Origin: Methanocellales archaeon
Lineage (GTDB): Archaea; Halobacteriota; JAWCLZ01
Direction of reading: 5' to 3'
Length of the DNA: 40,607 nt
NCBI GenBank assembly: GCA_038850285.1
Contig: JAWCMA010000011.1
Coordinates: forward strand, 1-40,607
A model generated the notes under the pieces. It worked only from the letters and a program-made list of their open reading frames with translations, had not been told where the DNA came from and did not search any database. This document shows positions 18,946-28,624 of this stretch, piece after piece (position 1 is the first letter of the stretch; every line of letters starts with the position of its first letter). The translations under genes and the position numbers were made by a program.

Positions 18946-20370
18946 ATGGTAACATTTGAAGAAAAAATCTTTGGTGCAAAACCAGAAGAACTCGACAAAC
19001 TTCCATTTGAGGAATACTGCAGAAAGATCTTCGACCCAAAGATGACCTATAAGAAACCAGAGCTATTGAAAGGTTGGCGACATTTAAGCCAGACAATGTA
19101 TATCTTATCGCCCCACGTAGGTGCAACAATTGCGGAGTATGGAGCGCACGTGATAAAATTTGAGATGCCCAGACTCGCGGATCCAATGAGGCATACCTCG
19201 CCCTTCAACGAAGCATACTACTATCCGCTGACTGATACCCGTCCTTACACTGGTACAGGGTTTGGCTTTGCGCAAGCTAATAGAAACGAGGACTTCATAA
19301 CAATTGACTACCACCATCCAGAGGCCAAAGAAATAATGAAGGTCTTCTGGAGGATGTCGGATTCACTTGCAGAATGCTATCGCCCGGGTACATTTAATCG
19401 CTGGGGAATTGGCTATCCACAAGTGCTAGAGGTAAATCCAAAGTTAATTTATTGCTGGCTGGGCGGCTTTGGAGGCGTTGGTCCAGGGAGAAGAAGAGGA
19501 TCTTATGATATTCTAGGGCAGAGCATAGGTGGATTGGCGCATACTACTGGGCAGCATGAAGATTTGATCAAGATAGGAGACAAATATGAAAAGCGCTATT
19601 TGCAAGGCGGCTTTCCAGCGAAGCATAGCAATTGGATCATTGACTGGACATCTGGATTATACTGCGCTTGCGGTATAATGGCAGCTGGCTGGTGGAGGAG
19701 AAAATCAGGATTAGGCACGATGATCGACCTCTCTCAAGTTTCCTGGTCGAATAGATTGTCGCGCTTTGGTTCACTAATGTATGGTAGATTTGGCGTGGTT
19801 AGGCAGAGATGGGGCAACTGGGACGAGCAACTATGCGTGCATGGTATAATTATGACTGGCAAGAGCGACTTCCCAGATAGCGATAATCCACAGGAGAGGG
19901 ATGAAGCAAGATATGTATTAATAAGCGCTTTCAAAGATGCGGACTTTAAAGATCTATGCTATCTTATAAAGCGACCTGATCTCTGGGAGAAATACAAGGA
20001 CACCAAAGTGCGGTTGAAGCCAGAGTCACAAATGGAAATCTATGGTGCACTTGAACTCTGGGCAAAGGATAAAACACGAAGCGAAGTTGTGAAGATACTT
20101 ACTGACGCTGGCTTGCTAAGCATCGCAGTTATGAACGATAGAGATTGCTATGATTTCTCGCAATTCTGGGAGAGAGGTACGCTGACATGGATGAACGACC
20201 CACTGTATGGAGACTTCCTGATGTGCGTTCCAACGCTGGGGTCGCACGCACCACCTAGAGTCAAGTGGGAAGCAAGACCACTTGGCGCGGATAATGTGAA
20301 GATCTATCACGAGTTACTGGGCTTCTCAATGGAGAAGATCAAAGAACTCTATGCAAAGGCGGTGATCTAA
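18946..20370 (+). CDS. Class III (CaiB/BaiF) CoA-transferase, subunit B
   Basis: GAHVIKFE.P...DPMR, YRPG...RWGIGY, YDILGQ..GG, IIDWTSG and LGADN. GGAGGTGA ribosome-binding site. Confidence 0.92.
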   Translation: MVTFEEKIFGAKPEELDKLPFEEYCRKIFDPKMTYKKPELLKGWRHLSQTMYILSPHVGATIAEYGAHVIKFEMPRLADPMRHTSPFNEAYYYPLTDTRPYTGTGFGFAQANRNEDFITIDYHHPEAKEIMKVFWRMSDSLAECYRPGTFNRWGIGYPQVLEVNPKLIYCWLGGFGGVGPGRRRGSYDILGQSIGGLAHTTGQHEDLIKIGDKYEKRYLQGGFPAKHSNWIIDWTSGLYCACGIMAAGWWRRKSGLGTMIDLSQVSWSNRLSRFGSLMYGRFGVVRQRWGNWDEQLCVHGIIMTGKSDFPDSDNPQERDEARYVLISAFKDADFKDLCYLIKRPDLWEKYKDTKVRLKPESQMEIYGALELWAKDKTRSEVVKILTDAGLLSIAVMNDRDCYDFSQFWERGTLTWMNDPLYGDFLMCVPTLGSHAPPRVKWEARPLGADNVKIYHELLGFSMEKIKELYAKAVI

Positions 20371-20371
20371 A

Positions 20372-20929
20372 ATGGTAGACTGGATCGATTGCAAGCACTG
20401 TAGAACCATTAACTACATAGATCCTTGGTACTTCTGGAACTGGAAGGGCAAGATCGCTTGTGCGGGCTGCGGCACAGTTTATTATATTGAGTATTCAAAT
20501 GGCCTCGCAGCGCCTGGAACACCTAAGGAACTGCCCAAGGGCGAGAAGCCAGATGAACTTGTGCTCTATGCCGATAAACCACTTAATGGCTATGAATTCA
20601 TACGCCCAGGCACACCTGGTAAAACAAGGCCATATCTCTGCTTAATGCGAGACCCCAAGACCTACACTGGCAAGGCAAGAAGAATTACTCATAGTATTCG
20701 AGGCTACCCATTTCGAGGTTGGGCGCCTCAGCCACCCTCAGCGCACATTGCGGATAGCCATAGGCACGATGATCGCAATTACTGGGTTCCAGAGGCAGAA
20801 AAGCTAAAGCTATATCCGGAGGTGGTCACGAAGTATGGTCCAAGACCAGCACCAGTAGTCGGCTATGGCTGGTACAATCAGCCTTCGGATAAGCCGCTTA
20901 TTAAAACAGGACCTCATAAGGAGAAGTGA
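20372..20929 (+). CDS. Zn-ribbon protein with a Pro/aromatic-rich tail
   Basis: CKHC..CAGC, tightly coupled to both neighbouring genes. Confidence 0.8.
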   Translation: MVDWIDCKHCRTINYIDPWYFWNWKGKIACAGCGTVYYIEYSNGLAAPGTPKELPKGEKPDELVLYADKPLNGYEFIRPGTPGKTRPYLCLMRDPKTYTGKARRITHSIRGYPFRGWAPQPPSAHIADSHRHDDRNYWVPEAEKLKLYPEVVTKYGPRPAPVVGYGWYNQPSDKPLIKTGPHKEK

Positions 20930-21108
20930 TGGAAATGGCAGAGCATATTTGCAAGGAATGCTATCACTTTAGACCAATTCAACTAGGCACAATCATACCC
21001 CCTGAACATTTAATTGGTTATTGCAAAGCAATCCACTGGCCATATTTCTGGGCAGTGCAGCGAGACTTAGTAGTAACTGAATGTAAATGGTTCGAGAAGA
21101 AGAAATAA
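20926..21108 (+). CDS. 60-aa four-Cys protein resembling BssC/HpdC-type small Fe-S subunits
   Basis: CKECYHFRP..IGYC..W..C-KW-F-EKKK, overlapping the upstream stop, with GGAG upstream. Confidence 0.65.
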   Translation: MMEMAEHICKECYHFRPIQLGTIIPPEHLIGYCKAIHWPYFWAVQRDLVVTECKWFEKKK

Positions 21109-21117
21109 CTTCTTCTC
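21094..21117 (+). terminator. Stem-loop at the end of the CoA-transferase operon
   Basis: GAGAAGAAG-AAATAA-CTTCTTCTC followed by a T-rich tract. Confidence 0.6.
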
Positions 21118-21272
21118 AAATTTTTAATTTGCTGATGAAAGGGAAGAGCCCAGGGTTGTTGAGCCAATTGAATTACCTCCAAATATAATTCCCTCCGAGC
21201 TCTTCCCCATTACCGAATGGTAGAATTTATTAATTTAAATTTAAATATTAAATAGATAAAGAAGTAAGTAAC

Positions 21273-21959
21273 TTGAGATATGCTAAAAATATGCTAAAAG
21301 TAGTTGCTTTGAGTGAAACTCGTATTAAAATTCTAAAGCTGCTTCTGGTTGAAGACAACTGCCCGAGTATGATATCCAAAAAACTGGGAATTAAAGAATT
21401 TGCCATAAGAAGACATCTAGATCTGCTTGAGAAAGAAGGACTTGTAACTTTTTCCTATAAAAAAACAGGCGACGTAGGACGCCCTCTTAAAGTTTACACT
21501 CTTACTGAGAATGGCAAAAAACTTGAAATTTTTCCGAAGCAGCATGCCAAGATGCTTGCTCTTTTGATAGATGACCTCATAAAGCGTTATGGAAAGGAGT
21601 TCGCTATTTCAATCTTTTCAGACGCTGCCAATGAAATGGCAAAGCAATTCTCTAGCTATATTAAAAGTCAGGATCTTGAGTCTAAGTGCAGAGAGCTTAC
21701 AAAAGCATTGAATAGCTTTGGAAAATGCAGCGATTTAGCGAGGGAAGGGGAATGGTACGTTGTATATATTCACAACTGCGTATTCAATGAGATAGCCAAG
21801 ATCTATGGAGATTTAATTTGCGGTTTCATGGATCAAGCCATAAAAAATGCACTTGGAGGCAATATATTGATAGTACGCCAGTTTTCAATAGCCAGAGGCG
21901 ATAAATTTTGCAAGCGATTAATCAAAGAGCTAGCGCCTGATCAATTGGATAAACTATAA
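21273..21959 (+). CDS. ArsR/SufR-like HTH regulator, paralog of 8857-9471
   Basis: LGIKEFAIRRHLDLLEKEGLVTF..GRP.KVY.LT, then HNCVF..IC..RGDKFC. Confidence 0.87.
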   Translation: MRYAKNMLKVVALSETRIKILKLLLVEDNCPSMISKKLGIKEFAIRRHLDLLEKEGLVTFSYKKTGDVGRPLKVYTLTENGKKLEIFPKQHAKMLALLIDDLIKRYGKEFAISIFSDAANEMAKQFSSYIKSQDLESKCRELTKALNSFGKCSDLAREGEWYVVYIHNCVFNEIAKIYGDLICGFMDQAIKNALGGNILIVRQFSIARGDKFCKRLIKELAPDQLDKL

Positions 21960-21997
21960 TAGGGCTAGTGCTATTGATAGACTAAGGAGGTCTAGCT

Positions 21998-23272
21998 TTG
22001 AAGAAGACTTCAAAGGTTTCGGGTTTTTACAAATTAAGTTTTAAAGAGAGACTTGAGTTCGTGAGAAACTTCGCTAGTCTAAGCGAGGATGAAGTTAAAA
22101 TTCTTTCAAATACAGGTGCACTTGGAGTAGACCTAGCTGATAGAATGATTGAAAATGTAATAGGGGGCTTGACTTTACCTCTTGGAATAGCGGTGAATTT
22201 CCTAATAAATGGCAGAGATTACCTCATTCCCATGGCCATAGAAGAGCCCTCGGTTGTTGCAGCTGCGAGCAATGCAGCGAAGATGGCTAGAGATGGAGGG
22301 GGATTTTTCACCAGCAGCTCAGGTGCACTTATGATTGGCCAGATACAGGCAACTGGGATTAAAGATCCCTATGCTGCGAGAAATCGCATTCTAGAGCGCA
22401 AAGAAGAAATCTTAAAACTTGCGAATGAACAAGATCCAGTGCTGGTTAAATTAGGGGGTGGAGCTAGAGATGTTGAAGCAAGGGTGATTCATACAAATAG
22501 CGGTGCAATGGTGATAACTCATTTAATCGTAGACTGCCGAGATGCAATGGGGGCTAATGCTGTTAATACCATGGCAGAGGCAGCTGCGCCTTTAATCGAG
22601 GAGATAACCAAGGGCAGGGTATATTTAAGGATTATTTCAAACTTCGCTGAAAAGCGCTTAGCTAGAGCTCGAGTTGTGTTCCCAAAGGAAGCAATTGGAG
22701 GCGAAGAAGTGGTGGAGGCGATTCTCATTGCTTATAATTTCGCTGCTTCAGATCACTATCGCGCCACCACTCATAATAAGGGAATTATGAATGGAATAAC
22801 CGCTGTAGCTCTAGCAACTGGAAATGATACTCGCGCTATTGAAGCAGGGGCGCATGCCTATGCGAGTAGAAGCGGTAGATATGAGCCTCTCTCGATATGG
22901 GAGAAGAACCGCGAGGGAGATCTAGCTGGTGCAATTGAGCTTCCCTTAGCAGTTGGAATAGTAGGTGGAGCAACTAAAACCCATCCAACCGCTAGAGTTA
23001 ATCTCAAAATTTTAGGAGTGAAAACCGCTGCTGAACTTGCAGAGGTAATGGCTGCAGTTGGACTTGCCCAGAATTTCGCCGCACTTCGAGCTCTAGCGAC
23101 TGAGGGGATTCAGCGAGGGCATATGAGTCTGCATTCTAGGAATATTGCAATTGCAGCTGGGGCTACAGGTGAATTAATCGATAAAATCGCGGAGATAATG
23201 GTAAAAGAGAGAAAAGTGCGCTTGGATCGAGCGAAGGAACTCCTTGAGGCTGAGAAAGGCTCTAAGCCTTAA
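21998..23272 (+). CDS. mvaA: HMG-CoA reductase, class II (MvaA-like)
   Basis: [28 protein letters not shown] and [10 protein letters not shown]. Confidence 0.93.
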   Translation: MKKTSKVSGFYKLSFKERLEFVRNFASLSEDEVKILSNTGALGVDLADRMIENVIGGLTLPLGIAVNFLINGRDYLIPMAIEEPSVVAAASNAAKMARDGGGFFTSSSGALMIGQIQATGIKDPYAARNRILERKEEILKLANEQDPVLVKLGGGARDVEARVIHTNSGAMVITHLIVDCRDAMGANAVNTMAEAAAPLIEEITKGRVYLRIISNFAEKRLARARVVFPKEAIGGEEVVEAILIAYNFAASDHYRATTHNKGIMNGITAVALATGNDTRAIEAGAHAYASRSGRYEPLSIWEKNREGDLAGAIELPLAVGIVGGATKTHPTARVNLKILGVKTAAELAEVMAAVGLAQNFAALRALATEGIQRGHMSLHSRNIAIAAGATGELIDKIAEIMVKERKVRLDRAKELLEAEKGSKP

Positions 23273-23894
23273 TGCTTAGAAAACACGCTGGTATTGGCTC
23301 AGATAAACAAATATCTCCCACCTTCATTATCTTCACCCCACTCTCCTGCGCTCCCTTGGCATCGACGGTTACAATTATGGGCTTGTCGGTGTGGATATTT
23401 GCCACTGTAACAGCGTTTTCTATGGTTCTGCTTAAATGCACATAGCGCTGCTTAACCGGCTTCAAGCCTGTTACCAAGATCATCTCCGCTTCTTCCTCAC
23501 TCGTGCCATAGTATAAAACCGCTTGATCGTTATCTGGGAAATCCAGTTCAACGTTTATAGAGTGCCCATAAGTGGCTCTTATTCTCCCCTCCTTCATCTG
23601 ATATCTCCCTTTTTCATCCGATTCTACCAGTGCTCGAATATGATATTCCTTGGCCCAGTGATAGCGCTTCTGCACGGCTTTAACCAGTTCGCTGTAGCTT
23701 GTCCAACCTTGTTTATCTATATTCAACTCAAGTTTATTGGGAAAATGGCGAAGGGCTCCGCTAACGATCTTGCCGAGTTTCTCCGCTTTATAAGCTGAAA
23801 GCACGAAGCGCCCGATCTCGCCACATTTGCATTTCTCCCCCCGGAAATAGCCATGGGTCAAGCAGAATCTAATCATCTGCTGCTTCATATTCAC
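23262..23894 (-). CDS. kptA: RNA 2'-phosphotransferase (KptA/Tpt1)
   Basis: [18 protein letters not shown] and RYVHLS, with an N-terminal C-x2-H..C-x-C motif. Confidence 0.92.
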   Translation of the reverse strand: MNMKQQMIRFCLTHGYFRGEKCKCGEIGRFVLSAYKAEKLGKIVSGALRHFPNKLELNIDKQGWTSYSELVKAVQKRYHWAKEYHIRALVESDEKGRYQMKEGRIRATYGHSINVELDFPDNDQAVLYYGTSEEEAEMILVTGLKPVKQRYVHLSRTIENAVTVANIHTDKPIIVTVDAKGAQESGVKIMKVGDICLSEPIPACFLSIKA

Positions 23895-25072
23895 ACCAGT
23901 GCTTCCGCTATATTCTTAACAGTTTCAATTAGAAGATCAACTTCTTCCATGGTATTATATAAACCAAACGAGGCTCTCACGGTGCCTTCAACTCCCAGCT
24001 GTTTGATCGCCAGCGAAGCACAGTGATGCCCGCTTCTAACGCAGATTCTCCTAGTTTCATCCAAGATCAGCGCTACATCGTGGCAATTCATGCCCTTTAT
24101 ATTGAAGGAAACAATACCGTGTTTAACGCTAGCACCATATGTTTCAACATTTTCTATCTCCTTCAATCCTCTATCGAGATGTGAACTTAAACTCTCTATA
24201 TGCTGCCTTATATTTTCAATGCCAGTTTCTTGGACATACCTCAAACCTCTGCCCAGGCCAATTACCCCTGGTAAATTTGGCGTGCCAGCTTCAAAGCGAG
24301 CAGGTGAAGCGATCCATTTAAAACTCGAGGGAGTGACATCTTGCACTGCACCTCCACCCACATAAACTGGTTCAAGCAGCGAGGGATCGCGAGCATAGAG
24401 AGCACCAGTACCCTGAGGGCCAAGCAGTCCCTTGTGGCCTGAGATGGCGATGAAATCGCAGTCAAGTTCTTTCACATTTACCCTCAAATGACCTATGGAC
24501 TGCGCAGCATCAATGAGCAGGAGAATATTGCTATCTCGCGCGAGCTTCGCTATCTCCTCAACTGGCTGAATGGTTCCAAAGGTGTTTGAAACTTGGGTAA
24601 TTGCAATTAGCTTAGTTTGCTTGGTAATTGCTGCTTCAACAGCACTAGGGGTAATTACTCCATTTCCCCCCGCTGCTGCAATTTCGAGCTTCACCCCGTG
24701 TTTTTGCAATCGCTGCCAAGGTAAGAGATTTGAATGATGCTCAATCGAGGTAGCAATAACTTGATCCCCTCTTTCCCATTGAAGGCCAAGGGCAACTAAG
24801 TTTATAGCTTCAGTGGTGCTTTTGGTGAAGATAAGCTCCTCAGGCTGCGCGCCTATGAATCTAGCTATTTCCTCGCGCACCGCTTCATATCGCTCAGTCG
24901 CTTGCTTTGCAAGTCTATGTGCACCTCTGCCATAGTTGGCGGAGTATTCATAGAAAAATTCTTTCATAGCTTCTAAAACTTGAACTGGCTTGAGACTTGT
25001 TGCCGCGCTATCTAGATAAACCACTTTATCTAGAATTGGAAAATCCCCGCGCACTTTCTGCACATCATACAT
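23891..25072 (-). CDS. Cysteine desulfurase (SufS/CsdA-like)
   Basis: YLDSAATS, DAAQS, SGHK, FEAGT and RSGHHCA. Confidence 0.93.
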   Translation of the reverse strand: MYDVQKVRGDFPILDKVVYLDSAATSLKPVQVLEAMKEFFYEYSANYGRGAHRLAKQATERYEAVREEIARFIGAQPEELIFTKSTTEAINLVALGLQWERGDQVIATSIEHHSNLLPWQRLQKHGVKLEIAAAGGNGVITPSAVEAAITKQTKLIAITQVSNTFGTIQPVEEIAKLARDSNILLLIDAAQSIGHLRVNVKELDCDFIAISGHKGLLGPQGTGALYARDPSLLEPVYVGGGAVQDVTPSSFKWIASPARFEAGTPNLPGVIGLGRGLRYVQETGIENIRQHIESLSSHLDRGLKEIENVETYGASVKHGIVSFNIKGMNCHDVALILDETRRICVRSGHHCASLAIKQLGVEGTVRASFGLYNTMEEVDLLIETVKNIAEALV

Positions 25073-25113
25073 ATTCTTGCAACATGCACTTTAGATTGAA
25101 AAGAGTTTTGGAG

Positions 25114-25920
25114 CTATTTAGCATTGAGAACTTCATCGAGGCTTCCAGATCTATAGCCTTCTAAATCTAGAGTTATATAGCTATATCCAAGTTTCCTCAA
25201 TTCCTTAGCAATGTTAATTGAATTCTCTAAAATATTTCTATTCTCCTCTACTGGCACTTCTATCCTCGCTATGCCATCGTGGTCTCTAACTCTCACTTGT
25301 TTAAAGCCCATTTTAAGGAGAAACCTCTCAGCTTGCTTAACTCTATCTAGCTTTTCCCTGGTGATCTCAAGTCCATATGGAAAGCGAGAGGCAATGCACG
25401 CCATGGAAGGCTTATCTGCATTGGGTAGGTTTAATTCCCTAGCGATGGCCCTAACCTCTGCCTTGCTTACTTTGAATTCAGCGAGGGGAGAATAAACATT
25501 GAATTCACGCAGAGCTTTTAATCCAGGTCTGTGGCCTAGGTAATCATCTGCATTGGTGCCATCGGCAATTACTTTTAATCCCTCTTCTCGTGCCACTTTA
25601 CTTAAAACCTTAAGCAGGCTTTTCTTGCAGTAATAGCAGCGATCAAATGGATTTCGCCTGAATTCCTCGGAATCAAGCTCGCTATATTTAACTATCCTAT
25701 GTGCTATTCCAATTTTCCTAGCCACTTCAATGGCATTTTCAAGCTCAAAGGGCGGAAGTGTTTCTGAGTCAGCTGTAACAGCAAGTGCTTTTTCACCGAG
25801 GGCTTGAAAAGCCAGTGCTGCCACCACTGAGCTATCCACTCCCCCTGAGAAGGCAATGACCAGGCCTTGCTTTGCTTTCATTGCCTCCTTTATTTGCTCG
25901 ATCTTATCCTTGAGTTCCAT
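25114..25920 (-). CDS. larE: LarE-family PP-loop sulfur insertase
   Basis: SGGVDS, RCYYCK, DGTNADD..RPG, ACIASR and QVRVR. Start placed at MELKD (25920); the ORF track starts at 25941. Confidence 0.9.
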   Translation of the reverse strand: MELKDKIEQIKEAMKAKQGLVIAFSGGVDSSVVAALAFQALGEKALAVTADSETLPPFELENAIEVARKIGIAHRIVKYSELDSEEFRRNPFDRCYYCKKSLLKVLSKVAREEGLKVIADGTNADDYLGHRPGLKALREFNVYSPLAEFKVSKAEVRAIARELNLPNADKPSMACIASRFPYGLEITREKLDRVKQAERFLLKMGFKQVRVRDHDGIARIEVPVEENRNILENSINIAKELRKLGYSYITLDLEGYRSGSLDEVLNAK

Positions 25921-25924
25921 GAAT

Positions 25925-26902
25925 TTAAAGGATGATTTCAATGTCCAATTCTTCCGCCAGCTCTTTATAGCGATTGCGAATGGTAACTTCTGTCACACCC
26001 GCTACCTCAGCGACCTCGCGTTGGGTTCTGCGTTCTCCGCAGAGAATTGAGGAGATGTAAATTGCTGCTGCGGCAACCCCAGTTGGACCTCTACCGCTCG
26101 TGAGTTCCTTCTCCCCCGCTTGCCTCAAGATTTCAATTGCCTTTGACTGCACTTCGCCCTTGAGGTTTAAACCTGAGCAAAATCTAGGCACATAGTCTAT
26201 GGGTGAAGTTGGCATGAGCTTTAACCCGAGTTCTCTGGAGATGAATCTATAGGTTCTGCCGATTTCTTTTCTGCTCACCCTTGAAACTTGGGCTATTTCA
26301 TCCAGCGTTCTCGGCACGCTAATTTGCCTGCACGCTGCGTATAGAGCAGCTGCTGCCACTCCCTCAATGCTTCTCCCTCGAATCAAGTTCTTGTCAACTG
26401 CCTTGCGATATATAACTGCTGCGGTTTCGCGTACATTTCTCGGCAGACCAAGTGCACTTGCCATTCTATCAAGTTCAGATAATGCAAAGGCAAGGTTGCG
26501 CTCAGTTGCATTGCTCACTCTAATTCTCCTCTGCCACTTCCTCAAGCGATAAAGCTGTGCTCTATTTTTAGAGGAAATTGGCTTGCCATAGGAATCGCGA
26601 TTCCTCCAGTCGATCATCGTTGAAAGACCTTTATCGTGAATGGTATAGGTCATGGGTGCGCCTACTCTTGAGCGCTTCATCCTTTGGTCGTGATCAAAAG
26701 CTCGCCACTCAGGTCCCATATCTATGAAATCCTTGTCAATCACCAAGCCGCAGTTATCGCATACAAGTTCAGCTCTTTCATAATCATGAACAAGCTGCCT
26801 GCTCCCGCATTCAGGACATTTCAGCTTTGTTTCCTCCTCTTCTTCTATATCTAGAGTTTTTTCTTTTTCCTTTTCCTTCTCCTTTTCAATTTCTCTAGCC
26901 AC
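25925..26902 (-). CDS. tfb: Transcription initiation factor IIB
   Basis: CPECG..CDNCG Zn ribbon, GPEWRAF B-reader and two cyclin repeats. Confidence 0.97.
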   Translation of the reverse strand: MAREIEKEKEKEKEKTLDIEEEEETKLKCPECGSRQLVHDYERAELVCDNCGLVIDKDFIDMGPEWRAFDHDQRMKRSRVGAPMTYTIHDKGLSTMIDWRNRDSYGKPISSKNRAQLYRLRKWQRRIRVSNATERNLAFALSELDRMASALGLPRNVRETAAVIYRKAVDKNLIRGRSIEGVAAAALYAACRQISVPRTLDEIAQVSRVSRKEIGRTYRFISRELGLKLMPTSPIDYVPRFCSGLNLKGEVQSKAIEILRQAGEKELTSGRGPTGVAAAAIYISSILCGERRTQREVAEVAGVTEVTIRNRYKELAEELDIEIIL

Positions 26903-26917
26903 GATCTCACCTCGTCC

Positions 26918-27160
26918 TCAATCTTTAATATATAGTTTCTCGCCAATCAGCGCGCGGAGTTCATTTATTGCTTTTTTATATGGCTTCACAGAGATATAGG
27001 GCGAATCCACAGGGCCGAAGATATCCCTTATCATTCCAATCTTGCTCAGTTTCTTGTCTACAACTATAGAATCAATCCTAGGAAGCGAATTACTCCTATC
27101 TTTCTTCAAGATCAAGTCTCCACGCGCAGAAACGTGAAGCACAACACCTAGCTTTTTCAA
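26918..27160 (-). CDS. gar1: H/ACA RNP subunit Gar1
   Basis: IG.I.DIFGPV.SPYISVKP. TTG start at 27160 follows GAGGT; upstream of tfb as is usual. Confidence 0.85.
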   Translation of the reverse strand: MKKLGVVLHVSARGDLILKKDRSNSLPRIDSIVVDKKLSKIGMIRDIFGPVDSPYISVKPYKKAINELRALIGEKLYIKD

Positions 27161-27255
27161 GCTTTTACCTCGAAAGTAATATATAGAGGAAATTTCTATT
27201 ATATAAAGTTTTCGTAAAGCATATATATCAATGTAATTGAGAGTCAAAAATTGAT

Positions 27256-27278
27256 TTAGGATTGCCTAATTTTATATA
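27256..27278 (+). promoter_or_regulatory. DtxR-family-like operator adjacent to a TATA box
   Basis: TTAGG-ATTG-CCTAA (27256-27269) immediately before TTTATATA (27271-27278). Confidence 0.65.
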
Positions 27279-27313
27279 GTTTTGTGTACATTAATTTAAT
27301 TATAGTGATTAAA

Positions 27314-28141
27314 ATGATTGGGCAGTATTTGATCGCCTTTCGAGAAGGATTTGAAGCAGCAATGATCTGTAGTATCATGCTCGCATATCTCCATAGAACC
27401 AAACGTAGCCATCTCTCGAGATATATGTATTATGGCGCTGCAATCTCAATAGCAAGTAGCATTTTCTTAGGTGGAACGATATTAGCAATATATGGCTCCA
27501 TATCCAAGCCATTACAAGTGCTATTCGAGGGGACTGCTGCACTGATCGCGGTCTTCGTGCTTACTTGGATGATCTACTGGCTGGCATTAAGGGGAAGAAC
27601 GATTAAGCAGGTAATTGAGAGGGAGATCGAAAAAATCTCCAATGCTAAAGCTAACTATGGAATAATGACATTTACAATTATTGTAGTATTCCGTGAAGCA
27701 CTTGAAACGGTGCTATTCCTCACGCCATTCTTGATAAGCGATCTAGGAGCAACGCTAGCGGGCATGTTGCTTGGCTTGATCTCCGCATTTGCATTCAGCT
27801 ATATCATTTTTATATTCGGGATGAAAATTAATATTAAGAATTTCTTTTACTATACTAGCATTCTCCTCATTTTGCTTGCAGCTGGCCTGCTTGGATATGG
27901 AGCGCATGAACTTCTAGAGTATAGCGAGCTGAATGGTGTGAAGCTTGCGTGGTTGAGTGAAATAGCATATGACTTGCACATACCAACAGACAGTATATGG
28001 CATCACAAGGGAATTATTGGTTCCATCTTAGCAGTTATATTTGGATATGCGGTAAAAGCCGAGTGGCTCAGAGTAATCCTCCACATTGGATATCTCTTAA
28101 TTATCCTCCCCATAATCATCCGAATATACAGAAGATCATAA
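27314..28141 (+). CDS. FTR1-family iron permease
   Basis: Two RExxE motifs (FREGFE, FREALE) and multiple transmembrane segments. Start placed at MIGQY. Confidence 0.92.
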   Translation: MIGQYLIAFREGFEAAMICSIMLAYLHRTKRSHLSRYMYYGAAISIASSIFLGGTILAIYGSISKPLQVLFEGTAALIAVFVLTWMIYWLALRGRTIKQVIEREIEKISNAKANYGIMTFTIIVVFREALETVLFLTPFLISDLGATLAGMLLGLISAFAFSYIIFIFGMKINIKNFFYYTSILLILLAAGLLGYGAHELLEYSELNGVKLAWLSEIAYDLHIPTDSIWHHKGIIGSILAVIFGYAVKAEWLRVILHIGYLLIILPIIIRIYRRS

Positions 28142-28624
28142 TTACACTTTTATTTTTATTTTTTATTATTATTTATTATTTTTTATTTATTTTTAATTAA
28201 CTTTGATTTTGTATCGCTTAAATGGCCTTCCAGACCTTTGCAAGGCTCTCTCTATGCACGTGAATCTCAAATTCAAGGTCCCTTAGATGCTAATTCTCTT
28301 TCATTAGTTCAAGTATTTCTTTTGCAAATTCAATGCTTGCCTTGCTCTCAGATATAAATGAGCAAAGGAGTGAAGTAATTCTACTTCTCCTTTTTTCCAC
28401 TTTAATTGGACAATTTGCAATCGCCAAGTCTGTTGTTCTTTTCTCTTTTTCAAAAGCTCGGAATTTTCTTCTTCGAGTATATCTTCAGCCACATCTGTAT
28501 TGGGAGGCGCCGAAATTGATCGCTAAGGAGCTGAAATATCAGGCAGAATTCTAGTAAGATAGCTCTAATGGTATAGCTCTTAATTCTCCAAGAAGAAATG
28601 AGGGTTTTTGTTTGCAGATAGAGC

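Noticed and set aside
26860-26893. EK dipeptide repeat at the TFB N-terminus
   Set aside because: Low-complexity charged tails are common in euryarchaeal TFBs.
28200-28560. Short ORFs and a fragment reading SKASIEFAKEILELMKEN, reminiscent of a HEPN C-terminal helix
   Set aside because: Too short and interrupted to support a pseudogene call without a search.
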